Shown piece after piece: positions 8,604 to 18,429 of a stretch of DNA of 64,000 nt. The notes under the pieces are model-generated. The model saw only the letters and a list, made by a program, of their open reading frames with translations. It was not told where the DNA came from and did no database searches. The stretch comes from a virus. The position numbers and the translations under genes were made by a program. The stretch is taken from IMG/VR virus record IMGVR_UViG_3300030419_008098, positions 32,745 through 96,744 of that record, one strand, 5' to 3'. Positions within the stretch are counted from its first letter, which is position 1. The number at the start of each line of letters is the position of its first letter.

Positions 8604-9715
8604 GTGTTATCTTTAGAAAAGGTAGAGAGCATATCTTGAAAATATTTAATTAAAAATTTTCGCAACTCTTCGTTTTCCTCTAAAAGGGTATTTAGCTTGG
8701 GTTCCCCTTGTATTTTATCCGGAATTTCTATCCCTTCTTCTTTTAAAAGGTTGGTGAGTTCTATGTCGAGGGTTATCCACGCCCCTTTGCGGTGAATAAA
8801 CTCCCACCCGTACAACATATCGATTACTTCTCGTTCCACCCAAATAGAATTACCGCCTTTTCTCCCATAACAAATAGGATATTCTAATACATAGTTAGTT
8901 TTTTCATTAGGAGATTTCTTGACCGTCACCTTAACGTTATGTCCTAAAATTTTATTTTTTATTTTATCTATGGGTTGGGTTTGGTTTTCAAGAATTAAGT
9001 CTTTTTTAAACCTTGGTTCAAATTCCAGTATATAATTAGCAAAATGAAGGAGGGCATTCCCTCCGGTGGCGGTTGTTTGTCGAATTGGAGCTTTGCTATA
9101 CGGATCTAATTTAATATCAGCCCGCACTTGCGAAATAAAAATAGCCATGTGGCCTCTTTTCGCTAAAGCAATACTCATTTTTTGCATAAATTTAGCACCT
9201 AAAAGAGCGCCCCCGGCCACCTTGTGGGCATCACTAAAGCTTTTATTTAAATCCTCTTTCATTATAAGGCCATCCAGAGAATCTAAAACAAAACAATATT
9301 TTATTTTTTCTTTATTATTCATTATGAGAGCTTGGATTAATTCCACCACGGTCTCATAAATATTACTTTCAAATACAAAACAACTCCCGTCTTCCCAGTC
9401 TTCCTCGCTGAAGGCAAATTTCACACCACTGCGATCCCTCATTTCTTTAGGTAGCCGCCCTTCTGCTTTAATGTAGATACCTCTAGAGTCCGGCATCCCG
9501 AGAAAGTTTTTCATAACTTCCAGGGCTTCAGATGTTTTTCCCCCTTCGTTCATCCCAGTAAAGCGGTGGAGGCCTGGACCAAATCCTCCGTTTAACTCAA
9601 AATCAAATTTTAAACTACCGCTAGAAACTCTGTAGGTAACTTCTTCTTCGAAATTATAGTGATGGTCTTTATTTTCTTTTAAGAAAGACTCTAAAGTTTC
9701 GTTGGCTGTACCCAT
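8600..9715 (-). CDS. recA: RecA/UvsX-like recombinase
   Basis: SSGSLKFD..GG, Walker A GMNEGGKT, VLDSL, IFISQVR, TGGNALLHFA. Confidence 0.9.
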   Translation of the reverse strand: MGTANETLESFLKENKDHHYNFEEEVTYRVSSGSLKFDFELNGGFGPGLHRFTGMNEGGKTSEALEVMKNFLGMPDSRGIYIKAEGRLPKEMRDRSGVKFAFSEEDWEDGSCFVFESNIYETVVELIQALIMNNKEKIKYCFVLDSLDGLIMKEDLNKSFSDAHKVAGGALLGAKFMQKMSIALAKRGHMAIFISQVRADIKLDPYSKAPIRQTTATGGNALLHFANYILEFEPRFKKDLILENQTQPIDKIKNKILGHNVKVTVKKSPNEKTNYVLEYPICYGRKGGNSIWVEREVIDMLYGWEFIHRKGAWITLDIELTNLLKEEGIEIPDKIQGEPKLNTLLEENEELRKFLIKYFQDMLSTFSKDNT

Positions 9716-10047
9716 TATTCGTTTAAAAATGCTCTAATGCTTTTAGGTATGGAAAGACGACGATCTTCGCCAATCTTTTCTCCTAAATTATATGATACTG
9801 GAGAGGGAATCTCAAAAGTAAATTCATTATATTTTCGCTTTACCTGATATTTACCAATAGCCGTCAATAAATAAGCCAAACTCGGAACCCTCTCTCCAAA
9901 ATTAACCTTGCTCCAAAAATCCAGATCAGGGTAGTCAGCTAACAATCGCTTTAATAGGGTCATTTCCCTTGCCCAAAAAGGTCTTTTGTTTTTAAGAGGA
10001 ACCTCTACTAATCTTTCTATAATCCTTTTCTTGTCCGTTTGTTTCAT
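9715..10047 (-). CDS. Hypothetical protein
   Basis: Stop overlaps the recA start (TAATG). Confidence 0.65.
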   Translation of the reverse strand: MKQTDKKRIIERLVEVPLKNKRPFWAREMTLLKRLLADYPDLDFWSKVNFGERVPSLAYLLTAIGKYQVKRKYNEFTFEIPSPVSYNLGEKIGEDRRLSIPKSIRAFLNE

Positions 10048-10100
10048 TTTATATAGTCCACTATAGCCGCTGAGCTATTTTAATTTTTTTTCTTTTATTA

Positions 10101-10469
<369 letters not shown>

Positions 10470-10494
10470 AAAATTTACAAAGAACAAGTATACT

Positions 10495-10523
10495 ACTATA
10501 CAGTTATTTTAAACTTTTGTCAA
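10495..10523 (-). promoter_or_regulatory. Sigma70-type promoter of tmRNA
   Basis: TTGACA-N17-TATAGT, 25 nt upstream of the mature 5' end. Confidence 0.8.
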
Positions 10524-10818
10524 GCTTTTGATCTATTTTTTTCTTGATATAACGAAAAAACTTAGGCGGATAAGGAGAGAGAGCACGATATAAAAAAGGT
10601 ACAATGCAAATTGTTACAATAATCACCACAATGGTTACAAAAGGGAAGATGTGAGTAACTTCCTCGGGTGCAAATGTAGGGGCAACGGAGCCATCTTCCG
10701 TTTTGCCTTCTCCTTGACGAGACAGAGCGCTCTTTCTGAAAGGATTTTTACTTGGACCAGGCCCCGGGGTGTAGCACCCTCCAAGCAGAAAAAATAAATA
10801 TATAATTAAATTTTTCAT
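10504..10818 (-). CDS. Lipoprotein with C-terminal TM helix (u-spanin-like topology)
   Basis: MKNLIIYLFFLLGG-C lipobox; hydrophobic IFPFVTIVVIIVTICIVPFLY followed by a basic tail; ATGA overlap at 10815-10818. Confidence 0.55.
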   Translation of the reverse strand: MKNLIIYLFFLLGGCYTPGPGPSKNPFRKSALSRQGEGKTEDGSVAPTFAPEEVTHIFPFVTIVVIIVTICIVPFLYRALSPYPPKFFRYIKKKIDQKLDKSLK

Positions 10819-12074
10819 TTGCCTGTTACCATCCAACCATTACTGTCTGCATCCTTATTGTCACGGGGAGAAGTAGATCTTTCTATTTTTTTTTCTACCA
10901 CCCCGGCAGGCGGCGGGAGGTTGGGGGATTCAGGAGTCGTTTTCTCTGCCTCTTTAGGGTTGGGAGGTTTGTGTTCAGCTTTAATGTGATCCGATAATTT
11001 ATCGTAAGGGCGCCCAAAAGCCTTAGTAAGGGACATATGGGCAGCGATTACCAAAAGTATGGCTAGGGGATCAAAGACAAGCATTAAGACCAATATAATG
11101 GCTCTAACAGCCTTGTCGGCAGCTAATTCAGACCCGCCCATATCCTGAATGGCCTCCGCTACATATTTCAAAGGCCCAATTTCCGCTTCTAGGGCACGAA
11201 TTTTTTCACCATAACTAAGTTTTTCTTTTTCAAATTCGGTTACTCGGTCCATCGCATCACGAATTAAACCATTAGTTTTTTCCACTTCAGCTTGTAGGTC
11301 TTTGACATTGGTACCCCCTTGAGTCCGGAAAGCTTTAATATTGTCACGGAGAGTCGCAATTTCTAAGTTAACGGCTTCCCTGAATTTTTCAATATTATCA
11401 TTATAGGTTTTAATGCTGGCAGACAGTTCGAGGCGCTCTGGCCCTTGTTGGGCTTTTAGTTCTTCGATTTTTTTCTTTTTATTAGAAAATAAACCACCAC
11501 TGGAAGCCTGTAAGGTGGTAAGGGCATCATCTAATTCTTTTCTGCGAGATGTTAATTTATTAATTCTTTCTTGTTCTATTGCAACATCTTTGTCGAGGCT
11601 ACTTAATAATTGGGCGATGCGCTTCTCCTCGCGTTCTATTTCTATGTTAGATTGATTACCTGTATTATTTAAACGATCCTGCGAGGCAGAAACATAATTT
11701 TCGTATTGAGTTATTAAACCCTTCTCTTTAGAGATTTTAGTTTCCAGGGTTTGTATTAAGGTTATTTCATGGGTGGTTTGAGCTTGGTGTTCAATATGTG
11801 ATTTACTTAAAAAACCAAAAATTCCCAAACTCGTAATCCCCATTAAAACTAAAACAGCAAAACATAAATAACCCTTAACTACCCAGGGCGCAATCTTCCA
11901 ATTACGGTGCAACCATACCGCTGCAATAACTTTCCCCAGTTCCAACACTATCCCCATTATCACCACAGAGACTTGCGATCCTGGGAAAATAGTCGCTAAA
12001 CCTAAAATACTAAAATAAGCCCCCACGCAAGAAATGCTGAGGGCGGATAACAGGGTTGTGATTGCAAAAATCAC
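10815..12074 (-). CDS. Multi-TM protein with long coiled coil (conserved phage hypothetical)
   Basis: Three N-terminal hydrophobic helices, about 200 aa heptad region, C-terminal TM (LVFDPLAILL). Confidence 0.7.
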   Translation of the reverse strand: MIFAITTLLSALSISCVGAYFSILGLATIFPGSQVSVVIMGIVLELGKVIAAVWLHRNWKIAPWVVKGYLCFAVLVLMGITSLGIFGFLSKSHIEHQAQTTHEITLIQTLETKISKEKGLITQYENYVSASQDRLNNTGNQSNIEIEREEKRIAQLLSSLDKDVAIEQERINKLTSRRKELDDALTTLQASSGGLFSNKKKKIEELKAQQGPERLELSASIKTYNDNIEKFREAVNLEIATLRDNIKAFRTQGGTNVKDLQAEVEKTNGLIRDAMDRVTEFEKEKLSYGEKIRALEAEIGPLKYVAEAIQDMGGSELAADKAVRAIILVLMLVFDPLAILLVIAAHMSLTKAFGRPYDKLSDHIKAEHKPPNPKEAEKTTPESPNLPPPAGVVEKKIERSTSPRDNKDADSNGWMVTGK

Positions 12075-12079
12075 GAAAT

Positions 12080-12310
12080 TTAACTCAAAGGAAAACTATC
12101 GGGGTTTTCTATTTTTTTACGATCCGAATCGCTTAAAGGGCGCGGACTGGTACGTGCCCCCGGCATTCCAGAATGCCCCCCCATTACAATACCTACATTA
12201 GCAGGACACTGAGCCCCAACGGACTTCAGAAGAGCTGCTTTAGCTAATAAGGAACCGCCCTTAGTAACTCCGCTCCGGAATAAGTCGCAAAATCGACGTA
12301 ATTGAGTCAT
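12080..12310 (-). CDS. Hypothetical protein
   Basis: Fills the gap between genes; co-oriented. Confidence 0.5.
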   Translation of the reverse strand: MTQLRRFCDLFRSGVTKGGSLLAKAALLKSVGAQCPANVGIVMGGHSGMPGARTSPRPLSDSDRKKIENPDSFPLS

Positions 12311-12324
12311 TCAGGCGCCCAACC

Positions 12325-12963
12325 TTAATAATCATGGCGCTCTGAGACATTAAAGGCGCCAATAACATTAGTCGTATCGGTCACACTCGGGTCAGGAGAC
12401 ATGATACGGACCCGCCCCTGCTGAAAATTCCAAGTATCATAGATCGCAACACCAGTTTCCCATGCGTCGGCGGAATACCCTGTGTGAACCCCTGACTCAA
12501 TAACCGCCCAGTTTGTTCCATCATTAGAAACTTCAATAACAAAAGCTCCGCTGATACACTCCCCCCCGGCGGCTTGAATCCAACCAGCATCTGGTATAAC
12601 CGACGAAGCTGTTAATTGATAGGAGTGTTTGGACAGCGCACCTAATTCGTCAGTCGCTAAACTAAGGACGGTGGAAGTTTTTGTGGCATTAACCGCAGTG
12701 GTATCTTGTGATTGAGGGACGCGCCCAAGCCTGCCAGTAACGTTAATGTCACCACTGACGGGAACATCGTGGGTATTCAGCCCCCCCACTGCAACCGAAT
12801 CACTCGGCCACTCTAGGTCCACTGCTACAGAAAGATTTTCAACATTAACATCAATTCCGGTTTGAGGCTCCCATTGAGCCGTAGTGGGATTGTAGTTATA
12901 CGCCAAAGACATGGTGGGGCCATGCCCCAAATTGGAAATATCCGTTATATTATTAACTCCCAT
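12325..12963 (-). CDS. Putative virion structural protein
   Basis: Acidic, S/T/G/V-rich beta-type composition; EVSNDGTNW; GTGTA motif upstream. Confidence 0.5.
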   Translation of the reverse strand: MGVNNITDISNLGHGPTMSLAYNYNPTTAQWEPQTGIDVNVENLSVAVDLEWPSDSVAVGGLNTHDVPVSGDINVTGRLGRVPQSQDTTAVNATKTSTVLSLATDELGALSKHSYQLTASSVIPDAGWIQAAGGECISGAFVIEVSNDGTNWAVIESGVHTGYSADAWETGVAIYDTWNFQQGRVRIMSPDPSVTDTTNVIGAFNVSERHDY

Positions 12964-12978
12964 AATAAATCTTATACA

Positions 12979-13185
12979 CTAAATTAAACCCAAAGCATCC
13001 CCTTTTCTTATTGAATCCCATTTTACTGCGGCATTGCTGGTTTTTTTTCGTTTTTTATATTGACTCAAACACACGGCAACCCGCTGCTTTGAATCCGAAA
13101 ACTCTTGCTTCATGATGTCATCGCTCATACAGCGTTGAACAAAGGAGTTTTTTTCTTCGCCAGAATTTTTAGTAGGGAGAGGCAT
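12979..13185 (-). CDS. Small conserved phage protein (MPLP..FVQRCM family)
   Basis: MPLPT..E..FVQRCM..QRVAVC pattern common in phage head-region genes. Confidence 0.55.
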   Translation of the reverse strand: MPLPTKNSGEEKNSFVQRCMSDDIMKQEFSDSKQRVAVCLSQYKKRKKTSNAAVKWDSIRKGDALGLI

Positions 13186-13227
13186 TTTACAGTATTACAC
13201 TTAAAACCGCGAAGATTTACCTGTTAT

Positions 13228-14241
13228 TTAAAAATCATCCTCTAAAGCGCCGCTTTGCTGGTATTCCCTTACACGCCTTTCAAAGAAATTTCCCATAGCC
13301 TGCACATCCACCACTTCACCTAACCATGGAAAGGGGTTTTTGTCGCTAGGAAAAGAGTAATCTAACCCAATACCTTCCAACCGACGATTCCCGATGTAGT
13401 GCATGTAATCCACGAACATCTCGGCATTTAAACCTAAAATTCCCGTCGGTAACACGTCGTGGGCATAAGCTATTTCAAGCTCCACGGCTTTACGAATGTG
13501 TTCAATGAATTCACCTTGGATAGTTTTAGTCCAGATGGAAGGGTTTTGCTCGATAATAGTATTAATTAAATAAGTCCCGAAGGCAATATGACTGCTTTCA
13601 TCTCGTAAAGTGTATTTAATCTGGTCCGATACCCCTTGCAGTTTGTTTTGTCTACCAAGAGCTAAGAGCATAGCGAAACCACTAAAGAAAAAAGTTCCCT
13701 CACAGACTATATAATAAGTGAGAAGATTTCTTAGGATTTCTTGTTTCCCTGCTTTCGTGTTGGGGTTAAAATCTTGACGACTGATATCCGTCGTGATTTC
13801 CATAAGGAAGTCGTCTTTGGCTTTAATGCTGGGAATAGTTTCGTAAGCATTAAACACTTCTTCAATATCCAATTCCAGGCTATCGCAAATATAAACCACG
13901 GTAAGGTTATGCAAACTTTCTTCAAAAGCTTGACGCAAAATGTACTGGCGACATTCAGCATCCGTAATAAATCTAAAAGCAGAAAGAAGAAGGTTATTGC
14001 CCACCAAAGACTCGCTTCCCGCAAAAAATCCCAAACATCTCTTGACGAGGAGTTTTTCATCATGTGTGATTTCATTATTCTTCCATTGTTTAATGTCATC
14101 TTGCATGGAGATTTCTGTGGGCATCCAATTGTTGGCGCAACTTTTAATAAATAAATCCCACGCAAATTTATGTTTATGCGGTAAGATTCGATTTACCCCC
14201 GCAAGATCAGGGGTGAGTAATTCTCCAGTTTTATCATCCAT
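13228..14241 (-). CDS. nrdB: Ribonucleotide reductase small subunit, class Ic (R2c) signature
   Basis: NNWMPTEI, LGFFAGSESLV, QAFEESLHNLTV, EGTFFFSGF, RDESSH, NFFERRVREYQ. Confidence 0.93.
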   Translation of the reverse strand: MDDKTGELLTPDLAGVNRILPHKHKFAWDLFIKSCANNWMPTEISMQDDIKQWKNNEITHDEKLLVKRCLGFFAGSESLVGNNLLLSAFRFITDAECRQYILRQAFEESLHNLTVVYICDSLELDIEEVFNAYETIPSIKAKDDFLMEITTDISRQDFNPNTKAGKQEILRNLLTYYIVCEGTFFFSGFAMLLALGRQNKLQGVSDQIKYTLRDESSHIAFGTYLINTIIEQNPSIWTKTIQGEFIEHIRKAVELEIAYAHDVLPTGILGLNAEMFVDYMHYIGNRRLEGIGLDYSFPSDKNPFPWLGEVVDVQAMGNFFERRVREYQQSGALEDDF

Positions 14242-14254
14242 AACAAGAGCCTAT

Positions 14255-14283
14255 ATAATAACAAAAACAGGCAGACTTGTCAA
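14255..14283 (-). promoter_or_regulatory. Sigma70-type promoter of nrdB
   Basis: TTGACA-N17-TATTAT with TGn extension. Confidence 0.8.
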
Positions 14284-14286
14284 GAG

Positions 14287-14721
14287 TTATCTTTTTTTTC
14301 CAGGGACAGCGTAAAAACCCACAACCATAAAGCATAAATCCATAAAAGAGCTTAACAATAGCCCCCCCGTTAAAGTTACCACCTTCCAGTCTTCACCCCC
14401 AAATACCCAACTAAAAAAGCCCCATTTGGCGGAGTCCCCTTTAGGTACAATAATATCATAAGTAATAGAGGGGTTATGGGCATAATAAACCATTAAATAA
14501 CACATAGTAAAAGTAATCGACATAAATAAAATACGTCGGGTTACTTTTACAAACGGATCATGCGCCTGCTTAAGCTGGTTCTCCAGCATAGCTTCAACAA
14601 TTTTTTGATCCCGTGCAGCCAACATCATTTGATCTTGGCGTTTTTGCTCTAGCCATGAGTTGATCATGTTGCAGGCAAGTTTAATGCCCGCTCCAATAAT
14701 AGTATTTAGTATAGGTCCCAC
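14287..14721 (-). CDS. Membrane protein (holin-like) between nrdA and nrdB
   Basis: Amphipathic N-terminus and two hydrophobic segments; VGFY near a basic C-terminus. Confidence 0.5.
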   Translation of the reverse strand: MGPILNTIIGAGIKLACNMINSWLEQKRQDQMMLAARDQKIVEAMLENQLKQAHDPFVKVTRRILFMSITFTMCYLMVYYAHNPSITYDIIVPKGDSAKWGFFSWVFGGEDWKVVTLTGGLLLSSFMDLCFMVVGFYAVPGKKR

Positions 14722-14738
14722 ATGGGATTATACACTTT

Positions 14739-17183
14739 TTATTGGCAAGATTCGCAAACTTCTCCGTTAGAAAGCGCTTCTAAACTGCAAGCCTCCGATT
14801 CTGTTTGGGGTGTTTCGATGGTAGATTTTTCTACTTTAGTTGCCGCTCTGTTGCGTAAATAATAAGTAGTTTTTAAGCCGGCTTCCCACGCTTTCATGTA
14901 TAAATCATTGAGATGCTTTAAGGAAGTAGATTTGTTATATAAATTAAAACTGATAGATTGATCTATCCATTTTTGCCTGACAGCATTGATTTCAATTAAT
15001 TTAAACATATCTCGATCAAAAGCGGTTTTATACTTTTCCTTAAGATGGAGAGGGATATCACCGTTAAGAGAGTAAACGTCACCATCCACACTCTTAATTA
15101 AGCGGGCTAATTCCGGAGACCAAAGATTGTGTTTTTTTGCATCGCGAACAAAATGTTCGTTGGTTATATAAAAATTCCCACTCTTACACTCATAAACAAA
15201 AAGAACAGAAAAATTTGGTTCAATACTCTGTTCCACCCCATTGATGTATCCAATGGTGGCCGTTGGCGCAATAGCCATCACATTAGAATTACGCATTCCA
15301 TGTTCTTTGATAGAGTCTCTTACCTCCTGCCAATTAAAAGTAGTTTTATGAGTTTTTTTCTGCCCCCTATAAGACATTAAATTATTCCAACTATCAAGAG
15401 GAAGAATGTTTTGATCCCACAACGACCCAATAAATGATTCGTAAGACCCTCTTTCGGCGGCGAGTTGACTACTTGCTAGAATCGCGTGTCTGCTATAAAA
15501 TTCAAAAAGTTTATCGTTAAACTTAAGAGACTCCGGCGAGTCAATTTGAATATCTAAACGATGTAAAACATCATGAACCCCCATTAAACCCAAACCAATA
15601 GGTCTATGTCGTAGATTAGAGTTAGATGCTTCAGGGGTAGGATAAAAGTTGAGGTCTATTACATTGTCCAACATGCGAATAGCTAAATGAATAGTCTCCT
15701 CAAGTTTAGTCCAGTCCATATCTTGATGGGAAAGCTGACCCTCCTTGCTGTAGGATTCTCTTAAATGATTAAACACATTAACTGAACCCAGATTACACAC
15801 TGCTGTTTCGCCTGTCTCTACTTTTTCCCCTTGTTTATATTGAGAGGCTTTGGTATGTAAAGTTATCTCTGTACAAAGATTAGAGCTATGAACCACGCCC
15901 TCATGTTGGTTGGTGTAGCGAATATTGCATGGGTCTTTGAAAGTATTCCACGGATGCGAGGTCTCAAACAATACTTTTAACATTTTTTTCCATAACTCTT
16001 TCGCTGGAAGCTTATGAAAACTTTTAATTTCCCCACTCTCCGCTTTCTTACAATAAAATTTATATTTTTTATCAAAAGCCTCCCCATACAAATCATGCAG
16101 TTCAGAACATTCTCTCGGATCAAATAGATACCAGTCCTTTTCTTGCTGCACCCGCCTCATAAAGATATCAGGTATCCACGAAGCAGTATTCATGTCGTGA
16201 CAACGAAGTCTGTCATCCCCAGTGTTTTTACGTAGACTCAGAAAAGCTTCATAATCAAGATGCCACGGCTCTAAATATGCACAGCCCGCACCGGGACGCT
16301 TACCCCCTTGATTTACCGCAACTAAAAGATCATTATAAATCTTAAGCCACGGAACCAACCCGCTGGAAATTCCATTAGTTCCTTTAATGTAAGAGCCAGT
16401 AGACCTAAAAGGCGTAACATCCAATCCAAGACCCCCCGCATATTTCGACTTGCGAGCCTCTTGCCATGCTCCATCAAAAATTCCATCTATACTATCGTCA
16501 AAAGTATTTAAATAACAAGAGCTAAGTTGAGAATGACTCGTGCCACTATTAAAAAGAGTGGGGGTGGAGGTTGTATATCTAAATTGGCTCAAAAGATCAT
16601 AAAATTTAATAGCCCATTCTTCTTTATCCTTTTCGTTAATTGCCAACCCCATGGCCACACGCATCCAAAAGCATTGAGGAGCCTCCATAATTTTATTATC
16701 TTGACGAATAAAATAACGATCATAAAGAATTTGGATGCCTAAATATTTAAAGCGCTGATCTCTACTTAACTCTAGAGAATCACTTAATTTCTTAAGATCA
16801 AAATCCAATAATCTTTTATCTAACCTTCCTTCCTTTACAAGACCTTTAATGTTTTGAATAAAAGACTTGCGGTACTGTAAGTTAAAAGTGTCAGAATCCA
16901 CACCTTCTTTAAAAACTTCTTTGTAAAGACAGTTAAGAAGGAGGCCGGCGGCAGCATAAGAATACTGTGGCTCCTTCTCTATTTTTTCTCGGGCCGATAA
17001 AATAAGAGCTTGGTCAATCTCCGCTGTAGTAATCTTGTCATAGAGTTGAAGTTGGGCATCTAGAACTATCTCGCTAGCTGAAACTTCTTTTATGTTTTCA
17101 CAGACTCTCTGAGCGCTAGCATTAATCTTATCGACTTCAAAATCTTCCAAACGGCCATTGCGTTTTTTAACTTTTATATCCAT
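14739..17183 (-). CDS. nrdA: Ribonucleotide reductase large subunit with N-terminal ATP cone
   Basis: VKKRNG ATP cone, TPTLFNSG, LSSC, SNLCTEI, CNLGS, IAPTAT, KTTYY, C-terminal CESC. Confidence 0.97.
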   Translation of the reverse strand: MDIKVKKRNGRLEDFEVDKINASAQRVCENIKEVSASEIVLDAQLQLYDKITTAEIDQALILSAREKIEKEPQYSYAAAGLLLNCLYKEVFKEGVDSDTFNLQYRKSFIQNIKGLVKEGRLDKRLLDFDLKKLSDSLELSRDQRFKYLGIQILYDRYFIRQDNKIMEAPQCFWMRVAMGLAINEKDKEEWAIKFYDLLSQFRYTTSTPTLFNSGTSHSQLSSCYLNTFDDSIDGIFDGAWQEARKSKYAGGLGLDVTPFRSTGSYIKGTNGISSGLVPWLKIYNDLLVAVNQGGKRPGAGCAYLEPWHLDYEAFLSLRKNTGDDRLRCHDMNTASWIPDIFMRRVQQEKDWYLFDPRECSELHDLYGEAFDKKYKFYCKKAESGEIKSFHKLPAKELWKKMLKVLFETSHPWNTFKDPCNIRYTNQHEGVVHSSNLCTEITLHTKASQYKQGEKVETGETAVCNLGSVNVFNHLRESYSKEGQLSHQDMDWTKLEETIHLAIRMLDNVIDLNFYPTPEASNSNLRHRPIGLGLMGVHDVLHRLDIQIDSPESLKFNDKLFEFYSRHAILASSQLAAERGSYESFIGSLWDQNILPLDSWNNLMSYRGQKKTHKTTFNWQEVRDSIKEHGMRNSNVMAIAPTATIGYINGVEQSIEPNFSVLFVYECKSGNFYITNEHFVRDAKKHNLWSPELARLIKSVDGDVYSLNGDIPLHLKEKYKTAFDRDMFKLIEINAVRQKWIDQSISFNLYNKSTSLKHLNDLYMKAWEAGLKTTYYLRNRAATKVEKSTIETPQTESEACSLEALSNGEVCESCQ

Positions 17184-17320
17184 GATACGGGTATTACTAC
17201 ACAGGAAAATAGTCCCCTGTTTTTTCTTCAGTTATATTGTGAGTTTTTCTTGTTTAACCCCAAAAAAAGTGTACGGGTCTGGCTAAAATAATTATTCCAG
17301 CCTAGGGTTTTAAAAACACT

Positions 17321-17349
17321 ATCATACCAGAAAACCTCATCACTGGCAA
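17321..17349 (-). promoter_or_regulatory. Sigma70-type promoter upstream of nrdA
   Basis: TTGCCA-N17-TATGAT with TGn extension. Confidence 0.7.
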
Positions 17350-17378
17350 GTATAAAAAGAAAAAGTTATTCACAGTCT

Positions 17379-18410
17379 CTACGAGAGAAGCGAGTAATCG
17401 TGCTGGTACATTTTTTTTACCAACCCTTTAAAGTCTGTATGACGCTCCCAACCAAGTTCTTTTTCCGCTAAAGAAGGATCCCCGCAAAGCTCATGCACCT
17501 CGGCGGGTCGATAGAATTTAGGGTTTATTTTAAAGATAAGTTGGCCTGACGGGGAGTGATAAAAACATTCATGCTCCTTATTTCCCCGGGAATAATATTC
17601 GATACCGGCTACAGCTAAAGATTCTTCGAGAAATTCTCTTACACTATGCATTTCCCCACTTGCTAAAACATAATTTTTAGGTTGATCTTGATTTAACATC
17701 AACCATACGCCACCCATAAAGTCTTCTGCGTCACTCCAATCACGTTGAGCCTCTAAATTTCCTAGTGACAAAACTGGGATTTCGGTAGAATTATTTAACG
17801 CAATCTTGATTTTAGCCACTCCATCACTAATCTTGCGGGTAACAAAATCTAAACCGCGCCGAGTACCTTCATGATTGAAAAGCCATCCCTGTACCGCATA
17901 AAGACCATAGGACTCCCTATAAACTCTAACTAAATGTCTAGCGGCACATTTCGCCGCACCATAAGGAGACTGGGGCAACAAGGGGTGCTCTTCGGATTGG
18001 GGCGAATGAATTACATCACCAAACTCCTCCGAAGACCCCGCATTATAAAAACGACAATCTGGAACAAAACGGCGTACAGATTCCAGAATATGTAAGACCG
18101 CATCAGCATCAGTGCCCCAGGTTTGAATGGGATATTTCCAGCTCCCCGCCACAAAAGACTGAGCTGCAAAGTTTATAAAGTAATCAGGCTCAATGTCAAT
18201 GATAACATCTCTGATGCTGTGAGCATCCATAAGATCCATATCAATCAATTCAAAACGTTCTTCATTTTCTAAGTGAAGGATGTTTTCATGGTTTTTAACG
18301 CTAAGCCTACGAATGGCTCCATAAATTTTATGAGAAGTCTTTTTGAGTAGGTAATCCACCATGTGGCTCCCATCCTGGCCGGTAACCCCGGTAATGATTA
18401 TTTTTTTCAT
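17379..18410 (-). CDS. gmd: GDP-mannose 4,6-dehydratase
   Basis: ITGVTGQDGS, AAQSFV, SSEEFG, SPYGAAK, LFNHEG, FVTRKI, RDW, FYRPAEV. Confidence 0.95.
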   Translation of the reverse strand: MKKIIITGVTGQDGSHMVDYLLKKTSHKIYGAIRRLSVKNHENILHLENEERFELIDMDLMDAHSIRDVIIDIEPDYFINFAAQSFVAGSWKYPIQTWGTDADAVLHILESVRRFVPDCRFYNAGSSEEFGDVIHSPQSEEHPLLPQSPYGAAKCAARHLVRVYRESYGLYAVQGWLFNHEGTRRGLDFVTRKISDGVAKIKIALNNSTEIPVLSLGNLEAQRDWSDAEDFMGGVWLMLNQDQPKNYVLASGEMHSVREFLEESLAVAGIEYYSRGNKEHECFYHSPSGQLIFKINPKFYRPAEVHELCGDPSLAEKELGWERHTDFKGLVKKMYQHDYSLLS

Positions 18411-18429
18411 ATTAAGATTCCTTATTTAT

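Noticed and set aside
17229-17374. Partial NrdR box (CACAATATA) and one DnaA box (TTATTCACA) near nrdA
   Set aside because: Only a half match and a single site; expected by chance in AT-rich DNA
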